A stretch of 24,604 bases of DNA from a virus (taxonomy: Duplodnaviria; Caudoviricetes), in the IMG/VR virus record IMGVR_UViG_3300020707_000020, positions 1-24,604 of that record; one strand, written 5' to 3'. Made by a program: the position numbers and the translations under genes. Shown in pieces: positions 9,019 through 16,322 of this stretch. The notes beneath the pieces are model-generated. The model was not told the origin of the DNA and searched no databases. It was given only the letters and a program-made list of their open reading frames with translations. Position 1 is the first letter of the stretch. Each line of letters begins with the position of its first letter.

Positions 9019-9596
9019 TTTTTAATCTGTAAGTTTTGTGGATCTCTTAGTGTACCCCCAGGAAGCGTAACTGGTCCAGTTTTAATACCCGCTTGGCTTG
9101 GAGCAAAATTAGTAGGCTCTGCTTCTTTGCCAAGTGATGGTCCTACTGGCTGAGAGAATCTTCCCGCTAGGATGGATTGCATATTCATTCCTTGCATACC
9201 GCCACCCCAGACCGCTGCATCGCCTGGTCTTGCTTCTCTTGGACCTTCTTGTGGCGCTTGTGGCGCTGTTGGTTTAATTCGATCTTTGTTAACACCTTTT
9301 TTACGGGTGGCGAACTTTTCGGCATCTGCGTATTCTTTTTCGGTGAACTTGTTTTTCTTGGCGAGGAAGCCTTCTTGGTGCTCGCCTTCACGGGTGCTTT
9401 TAATGTCTGACATTCCAAATTCGATGGCAAGTTGTTTAGTGGACTTATCGGTAAATCTGGTTTTTGCACTAACGAGGTTAGGTGCTTGCAAAAATACGAC
9501 CATAACTTCTTCATGGCAACCTTTCATGGGGCATTTAGCCTCCCGTGATTCAAAATACCCGTGTACTGCACAGTGAAAATCGTTAACTACCGCCAT
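9015..9596 (-). CDS. Hypothetical protein with N-terminal Zn-ribbon-like motif
   Basis: FHCAVHGYFE...KCPMKGC (CxxH...CxxxxC). The stop overlaps the portal ATG (ATGA). Confidence 0.7.
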   Translation of the reverse strand: MAVVNDFHCAVHGYFESREAKCPMKGCHEEVMVVFLQAPNLVSAKTRFTDKSTKQLAIEFGMSDIKSTREGEHQEGFLAKKNKFTEKEYADAEKFATRKKGVNKDRIKPTAPQAPQEGPREARPGDAAVWGGGMQGMNMQSILAGRFSQPVGPSLGKEAEPTNFAPSQAGIKTGPVTLPGGTLRDPQNLQIKK

Positions 9597-9598
9597 TG

Positions 9599-9994
9599 TT
9601 ATCTCCCCTTCAATTGTTCGTCAAGCGTTAATTCTGAATAATCATATCTATTGCTAATCCCGACCTTAATCTTAATCTCTCCATTCACCACTTGCAAGCC
9701 CGTACTACGATGTAGTGTTGGGCGTGCTTCTTTACGATATTGAACAAATTTAGAGGTATCTCGGTTTTGCATGATTGCTACTTCACCGTTTAGCCACTCG
9801 TTATAGGCTTTTGACACCCTACGCTGTACATATTCGGTTAAAGGTTCGGTTTCATTCAAGAAAACATCCTTCAAATGTGACAAAGAGATCCCCGCAAGGT
9901 CTGCAAACAAAGGCATGGAGATTCCCCGATCTTTATCTTGCAAAAAGCGCATCATCACTCGTCTGAGTTCGCTTCTAGGCATGGTGGCTCTCAT
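9599..9994 (-). CDS. Putative HTH DNA-binding protein
   Basis: GISMPLFADLAGISLSHLKDVF resembles a Cro/XRE helix-turn-helix. It has an ATGA overlap with terL. Confidence 0.55.
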   Translation of the reverse strand: MRATMPRSELRRVMMRFLQDKDRGISMPLFADLAGISLSHLKDVFLNETEPLTEYVQRRVSKAYNEWLNGEVAIMQNRDTSKFVQYRKEARPTLHRSTGLQVVNGEIKIKVGISNRYDYSELTLDEQLKGR

Positions 9995-11754
9995 GTACCG
10001 TAAACCCCAATCTTTTTCAGATAATCACTGACATTTCTTCCGACTGTGAGTTGTTCGGGGGAAAAGTCATCCTGTACCCTAGAAACTTGTCTGGTAATTT
10101 TCTGCGCAATAAGCCTGGGCTGCACCTGTTCGGCAAAGGCTGCGCAAGCTAGGGCGCAAGCAATAACCCTATCGTCTTTGTTTCTGCCAGAGGCTTCAAT
10201 TGATCCGCCATCTCGAATGGTGGTTTTCATTTCTTCAAGGGTGTCCATATCCCACAAGTCCAACATACCTCTTTCAAAGTAGTCTTTCATGTAAGTGAGC
10301 ATACGCTCTTTGGTAGCTGCCGTAGTCATCCAACCAATAGAATTGCTCATGCCACCAAGGGTATCGTTTCTGCGCCAGATGTAGTTTTGCATATTGCCGT
10401 ACACATCCATGAGGTCTTTTCCTAAAGCAGTGCCCATCGCAGCAGCTTGGCGCTTGAGGTTTCGCAGTTCATTGATGACAGCTTGCCCTGGACCATTGAT
10501 CTCCAAGTTTAATGTGGAGTTCTTATACGCACCCGCTAAGTGAGAGATCACCCAAGCAAACTGGTAAGTGTTTAATTCAGAAGTGGCAAATGAAGCCACC
10601 TGCTCAAGCCCATCTGCATATACCCGCAACACCTGAATACAAAACCGATCAGCCCAATCACTAGATCCATAAGCGGGATCAGCACCGATAACATAATAAG
10701 CAGTATCCACAGGTTCTTCCCAAATCTTGAGTGTGGCAAGGCGTTCTGTAGATTTAAGCACCTCGGTATCTTGGAAATTAACGCCAAAGCTGTAGCGGTA
10801 ATAATCGCAACTAACTTTCTTGAGCTTCTTGACAGCATCGGTACACCTCGCATTGGAGAAGAACGATGTTCCCGTCATCACAAAGGCGTAGTCCTCGGTA
10901 GGCGGAAACTCCTGATACATCAGGCTATCATCTTTGATCCCTTCGTACAACTTCCACCGCCACCACGCTATCTGGCGAGAATTGATCTCTACCCCATAGA
11001 GTTTCTTAATGTCCCGTACCCATTCCTTTTCTTCACCAGTGAGCTTGCCATCCCAATACACCTTGTAGGTCTGACCTTCAGGATCTAGGCTATACATCTC
11101 ATTACGCCACCATCCACAAAAGATTGCCCGTTGGGTTTTAGCCCGTTTAGCAGTGGTGTACATATCGTGAAACATATTAAAACCACGAGCTGTAGATTCA
11201 AAGGTGTAAAGCCGATCAGGGTTGGTTTCCGCAAGGGAAGCTAACAGGGAAGCTAATCCTTCTTCGTCACCCCACGAGCTTGTTTCTGTGCCATGAAGGA
11301 AGGTGATACCTTTCCCACGACCCAAAGATCCTTTCGCTCTAAGCCCAGCGACTTGATAAAATAATCGACTGCGATTCTTGAGGGCAAGGGCGTTCCTGTT
11401 GTGAGTAAGGATCGGGATTTTGTACTCTTTGGGTAAACCATCCATGTACATTGCGAGGGTGCTTCTGAACATATCTCGATTTTCTTCGGTGTCTGTTGTG
11501 AGCGTTCCTTGCAACCCTGGGTGGGTGAAGTGCCAATAAAGGTCAAGTGCGAGGGAGATTGTGGTGATTCCAAGTTGCCTTCCTTTCAGAATGACAAAAA
11601 AATGGCATCCATCTGCCAATCCTTTAGCCATTTCGTTCATTACATAGGTCTGAGAACCCATGAGGTTATCGAGCTTGCGTAAGCCTTGCTCTTTTGTTTC
11701 AATTTTGAGTTGATTACAAAAATGATAGAAATGCTTGAGGTTAAACTGGCTCAT
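9991..11754 (-). CDS. terL: Terminase large subunit
   Basis: Walker A LKGRQLGITT, Walker B-like FLHGTE, coupling motif ESTARG, and RNase H-like nuclease motifs IGADPAYG and DDRVIA. The start was moved to ATG 11754, which overlaps the upstream stop (ATGA). Confidence 0.93.
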   Translation of the reverse strand: MSQFNLKHFYHFCNQLKIETKEQGLRKLDNLMGSQTYVMNEMAKGLADGCHFFVILKGRQLGITTISLALDLYWHFTHPGLQGTLTTDTEENRDMFRSTLAMYMDGLPKEYKIPILTHNRNALALKNRSRLFYQVAGLRAKGSLGRGKGITFLHGTETSSWGDEEGLASLLASLAETNPDRLYTFESTARGFNMFHDMYTTAKRAKTQRAIFCGWWRNEMYSLDPEGQTYKVYWDGKLTGEEKEWVRDIKKLYGVEINSRQIAWWRWKLYEGIKDDSLMYQEFPPTEDYAFVMTGTSFFSNARCTDAVKKLKKVSCDYYRYSFGVNFQDTEVLKSTERLATLKIWEEPVDTAYYVIGADPAYGSSDWADRFCIQVLRVYADGLEQVASFATSELNTYQFAWVISHLAGAYKNSTLNLEINGPGQAVINELRNLKRQAAAMGTALGKDLMDVYGNMQNYIWRRNDTLGGMSNSIGWMTTAATKERMLTYMKDYFERGMLDLWDMDTLEEMKTTIRDGGSIEASGRNKDDRVIACALACAAFAEQVQPRLIAQKITRQVSRVQDDFSPEQLTVGRNVSDYLKKIGVYGT

Positions 11755-12470
11755 GTAATGATCCAAGGCAATTTACCGTCAAACTTCTCCAAAATGCGCT
11801 TGTTGCCTTCAATAAAGAACTCAGGCTGTACTCCACAGCTCCCACCCATCCGAAAATGAAAGGTGTGCTTATTTGTGGAGGCAAACTTGGGAACAATACG
11901 GGTAGCTGCCTGATAGAACTGGCGATCTACCGTAGGATCGGGGCGATTTAGCAAAATAGCGAGTTGTTTTAGGTATTCTGTTTTCATACCCCACATACAC
12001 CAGTCCACAAAGCGATGCCCTGGGATATTCCAGGTATCGTGTAGCTCTCCGAGGGCTTCGCAGTTGTCATCAAACAAAAAGTTGCCCTCCTTATCGTGAA
12101 CTGATCTAAGGCTATAAGCCCAATCATAGCCCTCATCAATTCTATCCATGATACTTTTTACATGGTCAGGGGAATACCAATCATCATCATTACAAAAGAA
12201 AGTAACATCCTCGGTAATCAATTGAGGCGCAGCAGCGAGCCAGCGTTGCCCCGCATACCCATTGCCACCGATCTTGCCATCCCAGTAGCAGATCTTTACG
12301 CAACCATTGGCGTAAAGCCTTCTGAGTTCGACAAAGGTATTAAAGTCCCCGTCACACAAAATGTAATGCGTTGGGGTTATCCCTTGTTGTCTTGCAATAG
12401 ATTTAAGGCAGTTTGCTAACTCTGTTGGGCGCTTACCATTGGTTACGGTCACTACGGCACAAGTTTTCAA
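11751..12470 (-). CDS. GT-A fold (GT2-like) glycosyltransferase
   Basis: It has the N-terminal AVVTVT...LANCLKSIARQ, YILCDG and the DxD motif FFCNDDDWYSPDHV. Confidence 0.75.
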   Translation of the reverse strand: MKTCAVVTVTNGKRPTELANCLKSIARQQGITPTHYILCDGDFNTFVELRRLYANGCVKICYWDGKIGGNGYAGQRWLAAAPQLITEDVTFFCNDDDWYSPDHVKSIMDRIDEGYDWAYSLRSVHDKEGNFLFDDNCEALGELHDTWNIPGHRFVDWCMWGMKTEYLKQLAILLNRPDPTVDRQFYQAATRIVPKFASTNKHTFHFRMGGSCGVQPEFFIEGNKRILEKFDGKLPWIIT

Positions 12471-12706
12471 TTGTGTTTATCCAATCTCTTTGTTTCAAAG
12501 TTAGGTAAGTCCCAATAAGCCACCTTTAAACGGGCTACATGGTTCTTAGCAAGGCTAATTAAGCCGTCATAGGTCATTGCACTAAACCTCTCCCGCCACT
12601 CGGCTGCCAAGGCGATCTTCTGCTTCTTGGTCTTGCAAGAAAGCGCCCTCATCATCTCGGTCTTGAACATCAGGCGCTCTTTAGCTAAACGCTCAATGTC
12701 TTGCAT
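12467..12706 (-). CDS. Hypothetical protein
   Basis: The start MQDIERL was chosen from the upstream GAGGATGGGG SD. It is coupled to both neighbours. Confidence 0.6.
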   Translation of the reverse strand: MQDIERLAKERLMFKTEMMRALSCKTKKQKIALAAEWRERFSAMTYDGLISLAKNHVARLKVAYWDLPNFETKRLDKHN

Positions 12707-12929
12707 CCCCATCCTCTGGACCATCTAGCAATGATTTGAGGTATAGGATTTCCTTCTCAGCTTTGAGTAAAAGTTTGGATGATTCACCATGAACACGCAT
12801 TAACTCATGGAAAATGGCATCTTTCTCCATCCGCCAGATCCGATCCATGTACATCTTCTTTGCCTGATCGTCTGCTTTAGAGATATATTGCTCTACGGTT
12901 TCCATCTTGTTGTTTATTCCGTTCTCCAT
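12693..12929 (-). CDS. Hypothetical helical protein
   Basis: 78 aa with an AAGGAG SD, overlapping its neighbours. Confidence 0.6.
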   Translation of the reverse strand: MENGINNKMETVEQYISKADDQAKKMYMDRIWRMEKDAIFHELMRVHGESSKLLLKAEKEILYLKSLLDGPEDGDARH

Positions 12930-13129
12930 ACTCGCACTCCTTCTTTGTCTTTTCTAGCGATGAACTTCTTATTTAACTGCTTGCCTGTACGGTAGTTTGC
13001 ATTACAGACAATTTGAATCTTCCCCTGTGGGATAAAGAAACTTTCCCCACATTCCATAACCTTATATGGGTACACATTGCGCTTTTTCTCAGGGGGTATG
13101 GGAATATTTTTTTCTACTTCAATAGTCAT
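12914..13129 (-). CDS. Small conserved-type phage protein (IEKNIPIP...YPY..ME.GESF), putative DNA-binding
   Basis: AAGGAGAATAGC-ATG at 13129; first gene of the leftward operon. Confidence 0.7.
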   Translation of the reverse strand: MTIEVEKNIPIPPEKKRNVYPYKVMECGESFFIPQGKIQIVCNANYRTGKQLNKKFIARKDKEGVRVWRTE

Positions 13130-13153
13130 GCTATTCTCCTTATAACTTAACTC

Positions 13154-13183
13154 ATCATACACTACCATGATACACACATACAA
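13154..13183 (-). promoter_or_regulatory. Possible sigma70-like promoter of the leftward late operon
   Basis: The minus strand reads TTGTAT-N18-TATGAT. It overlaps the start of the divergent gene at 13167. Confidence 0.4.
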
Positions 13184-13883
13184 TGAATATCATCTAGGGG
13201 ATAACCTAGTTCATCTTAATTACTTAAGGCGGGTTTGCAAAGAGAACCCCGACCTTGAGTTCACCCACCACTGTAATCCGATGCACCACAGTCAACTAAC
13301 CCCGTTGCTTGAGGATGTTCCTATTAGCTTGCAAGGGTTAAGTATTCCGCCTGGCACAGTAAACGCTTGGATTGGTAGGGATAATTACTTTTACAACCAT
13401 CCCCTACAGCATGATTGGGTTAACTTTCATCTGGAATGGTTTGACCACCTATCTAACCTTCTTGAATTACCCTCCCCTATGGCTTGCAGAGAGGATCTAC
13501 TCTTTGAGTACCCCGCCTTAAACGCCCCCATTCCCATTGAATTTGATTACCTCATCATTAACGCCCTCCCACAATCAGGGCAATTGCCAGACTTTGATGC
13601 TCAATTCTTCAAGAATCGGGTACGCAATCTTCTAAATGAGGGGTTTTCTGTCATCACAACGAACCCTACAGGCATGGGTTTATCCACTTTAGAGATGGGT
13701 TTAGATGTTACAGGCATCGGAAGCCTATCCAAATACTGCAAACACATAGAAGGCGTTGCTACTGGTCCGATGTGGACAACCTTTAATATATTCAATAAAG
13801 ACAAGGTGTTAAGCCGTAAGTTCTATTGCTCTCATCAAAGCGTGAACTTAACCGACAACACAACCACGCTCAATAAACTGTAA
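13167..13883 (+). CDS. Hypothetical protein, possibly a GT-B fold glycosyltransferase
   Basis: 238-aa ORF. The N-terminal HLGDNLVHL resembles the (G/H)LGD start of GT9-like enzymes, and the C-terminal GVATGPMW resembles G-x-D-S/T-GPMH. No clear SD. Confidence 0.55.
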   Translation: MIHTYNEYHLGDNLVHLNYLRRVCKENPDLEFTHHCNPMHHSQLTPLLEDVPISLQGLSIPPGTVNAWIGRDNYFYNHPLQHDWVNFHLEWFDHLSNLLELPSPMACREDLLFEYPALNAPIPIEFDYLIINALPQSGQLPDFDAQFFKNRVRNLLNEGFSVITTNPTGMGLSTLEMGLDVTGIGSLSKYCKHIEGVATGPMWTTFNIFNKDKVLSRKFYCSHQSVNLTDNTTTLNKL

Positions 13884-14138
13884 TTTTTTTTGGGGTGGAC
13901 TCGGAAGGGGGTGCACACCTCACCGTACTCATGCCCAACTCAAAGGGCAAACAGTCATCGTGCAATCGTTTAATCTATCCCGATCCCAAATGATCTAACC
14001 AGGCTCTAGGTTATATCTATGGGCATCTCAGAGCGTACCCGTACCCCTATTTAGAATTGATAAGAGCGCACGATGTGCAAACCTACCCGCCTTTAATCTT
14101 ACCCTACGCCTTATCTATATATCTACTTACTAAGATCC

Positions 14139-14289
14139 TAGATGATCTATAGACAATAGATGATAGCTATATACACTATATAGACTATAGACAATCTAAA
14201 TATAGATATTATAGATATGCGACATCTTACCATAGCTATAGACTATTGACAATAAAACAACAATTAAAAAATACAATGGTATAGTCTAA
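14139..14289. repeat. Cluster of short CTATAGAC/TATAGA repeats
   Basis: CTATAGAC occurs at 14147, 14185 and 14236 (CTATAGACAAT exact twice). Variants occur at 14167, 14178, 14201, 14210 and 14243, TAGATGAT at 14139 and 14157, and an inverted TATAGTCTA at 14280. Confidence 0.75.
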
Positions 14290-14301
14290 TCAATCTATGC
14301 T

Positions 14302-14307
14302 TATAAT
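14302..14307 (+). promoter_or_regulatory. Consensus -10 box upstream of ardC
   Basis: Perfect TATAAT 56 nt upstream of ardC; the -35 match at canonical spacing is poor. Confidence 0.45.
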
Positions 14308-14362
14308 CATATCTATGCAGTAAAGCATTACACTTAAAACCTAACTACTAAGAGGATATACC

Positions 14363-15238
14363 ATGCAAAATACTACAAGCCGTATCAGCGTATATGACAG
14401 CGTTACTAATAAGATCATCTCTCAACTTGAGAGCGGGATAGCACCTTGGATCAAGCCTTGGAAATCTGGTCAAGCTGGCGGAGCTGATCGCAATATCGTA
14501 TCTAAAAAAGAGTATTCAGGCGTTAACCGTTTAATTCTAGGTATGAGCGGTTACAGCTCACCTATTTGGGGATCATTCAAACAATGGCAGGAATTAGGCG
14601 GGAATGTCAGAAAAGGTGAAAAGGGTACGCAAGTAGTTTTCTATTCACAAGTGACTAAAGGTGAGATAAAGCCAACTGATCTGAACCCTGATAAATCTAC
14701 CTATGCACTTCTCAAGTCTTATTATGTTTTTAACTTGGATCAGATTGATGGATTAGAAATAAGCAAACCAGAGCCAGTAATCTCCACCTTTAATCCAGTA
14801 CCCGCTTTAGATGATCGCATTATTAAGACTGGCGCTCAGATCTCTCATGGCGGAGGCAGGGCATTTTATCGCCCTGGTACTGACAGCATTACCTTACCAG
14901 CTAGAGATCTATTCCTAAGTGAAAGCCACTACTATGCGACTGTATTGCATGAGTTAACTCATTGGTCAGGCGCTGAGCATCGTTTAGATCGTACAAAAGG
15001 CAAACGGTTTGCTGATACAGCGTACGCATTTGAGGAGCTGGTTGCTGAAATGGGCGCTGCATTTTTATGCGCTGATTATGGTATCCAGGGTGAGCTGCAG
15101 CACGCTGACTACATCGGCAATTGGCTACAGTGCCTTAAAAATGACAATAAAGCAATTTTTAACGCTGCAGCATTGGCACAAAAGGCAGCCGATTACATAA
15201 ACAATCTAGATGCACTGACTAACCAGGCAGCAGCTTAA
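14363..15238 (+). CDS. ardC: ArdC-family ssDNA-binding antirestriction protein with zincin-like metallopeptidase domain
   Basis: VTNKIISQLESGIAPWIKPW, YSGVNRLIL, WGSFKQWQELGGNVRKGEKG, YYVFNLDQIDGL, HELTHW (HExxH) and YAFEELVAEMGAAFLC. Confidence 0.92.
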   Translation: MQNTTSRISVYDSVTNKIISQLESGIAPWIKPWKSGQAGGADRNIVSKKEYSGVNRLILGMSGYSSPIWGSFKQWQELGGNVRKGEKGTQVVFYSQVTKGEIKPTDLNPDKSTYALLKSYYVFNLDQIDGLEISKPEPVISTFNPVPALDDRIIKTGAQISHGGGRAFYRPGTDSITLPARDLFLSESHYYATVLHELTHWSGAEHRLDRTKGKRFADTAYAFEELVAEMGAAFLCADYGIQGELQHADYIGNWLQCLKNDNKAIFNAAALAQKAADYINNLDALTNQAAA

Positions 15239-15240
15239 AC

Positions 15241-15289
15241 AGTGATACCTAGTAAGCGCTTAGTGATAGGCGCTTACTGGATTGTCATT
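15241..15289 (+). other. Long interrupted RNA hairpin with GNRA loop (candidate RNase III site or stabiliser)
   Basis: CTAGTAAGCGCTTA-GTGA-TAGGCGCTTACTGG forms 14 bp including 2 G-U pairs. It is extended by AGTGATA/TGTCATT. There is no U-tract. Confidence 0.65.
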
Positions 15290-15321
15290 AGACAGTCAAA
15301 ACCTAACTAATTGGAGGATTT

Positions 15322-15522
15322 ATGGATCAAGTAAGAGCCGATATAAAACTATCAACTGGCAGGATAGTAAAACATACTAGGCAGGAAAATGGATCACAAC
15401 TTGCAACACCTACACCAGGATGCTATGAAATGACTAACCAGGAATGGATAGAGTATTGCAAGATCATCAATGGGGGATATATTCCACGATACCCCATGCA
15501 AGGAGAGGATCTAACAGCATGA
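15322..15522 (+). CDS. Hypothetical early protein
   Basis: 66 aa with a GGAGG SD preceded by AACCTAACTA. Confidence 0.75.
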   Translation: MDQVRADIKLSTGRIVKHTRQENGSQLATPTPGCYEMTNQEWIEYCKIINGGYIPRYPMQGEDLTA

Positions 15523-15695
15523 GCCTACTATCTGAGATGCAAAAACATGGTTTAGCAGATTGTGAGTTCAATCGCCAATTTTTTACACTTGATGAGCTGT
15601 ATAAATCATATTGCTATAGAGCTGCTAAACAAGGGTTTCAGGCGTTATCGTTTAATTCGTGGCGATACTGTCATAAAGCAAATATCACGCTGTAG
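15519..15695 (+). CDS. Hypothetical early protein (MSLLSEMQKHG...)
   Basis: 58 aa with a GAGGA SD and an ATGA overlap with the previous gene. Confidence 0.7.
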   Translation: MSLLSEMQKHGLADCEFNRQFFTLDELYKSYCYRAAKQGFQALSFNSWRYCHKANITL

Positions 15696-15824
15696 AGCGA
15701 TTAAAGGGTTTAGTGGTATTAGGTATCACTTACCCTTATTTATCGCCTTGGCGCTTGTTTTAAAGTGTTTTAAATTGATTTTATGTATTTGTCTTACCTA
15801 ACCTAACTAATTTTCGAGGTATTT

Positions 15825-15983
15825 ATGAGAAATAATGATATTTATACAATTGATCGCAAAATCTTTATAAAGAAGAAATATTCCCTCATGCGTGTGCAAG
15901 GGGTAATCAGTAAAGATCAGTTAATTGACTTAGTAGCTGTATTTGGTGGTTTGCTACTGGTTTGGTTATTGTTGGCTTTGTAA
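15825..15983 (+). CDS. 52-aa protein with C-terminal transmembrane helix
   Basis: GAGGT SD preceded by AACCTAACTA. It reads MRNNDIYTIDRKIFIKKKYSLMRVQGVISKDQLIDLVAVFGGLLLVWLLLAL. Confidence 0.7.
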   Translation: MRNNDIYTIDRKIFIKKKYSLMRVQGVISKDQLIDLVAVFGGLLLVWLLLAL

Positions 15984-15984
15984 G

Positions 15985-16284
15985 AACCCCAAAACCCCAA
16001 TGAACCCCGAGAGAATAAGAACCTTACCCGCCTTACGGTGGGGGATCTCTTTTCAGAGAGTGGTTATCGTTTATCGGTGGCACTTAACTAAAGCGGTGCT
16101 GTCCAGTAACGGTCCGCCAGATGGTAGCTGCCTTGTTTATCCCTATCCATCACCACAATGTTTAGGAGGGCTGGGTTATAGCCCCGTAGTAGTTCGCTTT
16201 AATCGTGATTTTGATGGTGTTGGTCTTAAATCGTTATGAGAACCCAATTCATAACAGACCCAAAACCACGACTAAAACAAACTT
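15985..16284 (-). ncRNA. Candidate ~300-nt structured non-coding RNA, antisense to the early region
   Basis: It has a 23-bp helix (16191-16213/16261-16283) with 4 G-U pairs on the minus strand, nested stems, GAAA and GTAA tetraloop hairpins, and an upstream promoter. The 3' boundary is uncertain. Confidence 0.6.
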
Positions 16285-16290
16285 AATCGG

Positions 16291-16319
16291 ATTAGATCAT
16301 ACTTTTTAAAGGAGTGCAA
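16291..16319 (-). promoter_or_regulatory. Leftward sigma70-like promoter for the candidate ncRNA
   Basis: The minus strand reads TTGCAC-N17-TCTAAT with TGn before the -10. The predicted start at ~16284 coincides with the first base of the long helix. Confidence 0.55.
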
Positions 16320-16322
16320 TAG

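Noticed and set aside
224-11088. Plus-strand ORFs within the late operon (224..487, 3951..4223, 5872..6216, 6346..6546, 7886..8110, 8263..8469, 8491..8682, 9172..9576, 10046..10282, 10771..11088 and others)
   Set aside because: They are antisense shadows of well-supported minus-strand genes, with no recognisable motifs.
4721-12507. AGTTAGGT 8-mers near 4721, 5810 and 12499 as further copies of the leader motif
   Set aside because: They lie inside coding regions as CCT AAC (Pro-Asn) codons, not next to an SD, and lack the ninth matching base.
14139-14250. Repeat cluster as a CRISPR array
   Set aside because: The units are 6-11 nt and irregularly spaced, there are no spacers, and no cas genes are present.
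14246-14277. TTGACA...TACAAT promoter-like pair
   Set aside because: The spacer is 20 nt, outside the 16-18 nt range for sigma70, and the TTGACA overlaps a repeat unit.
15943-16239. 98-aa plus-strand ORF over the candidate ncRNA
   Set aside because: It has a TTG start without an SD, overlaps the better-supported 15825..15983 ORF and has atypical composition. The region is better explained by minus-strand RNA structure.
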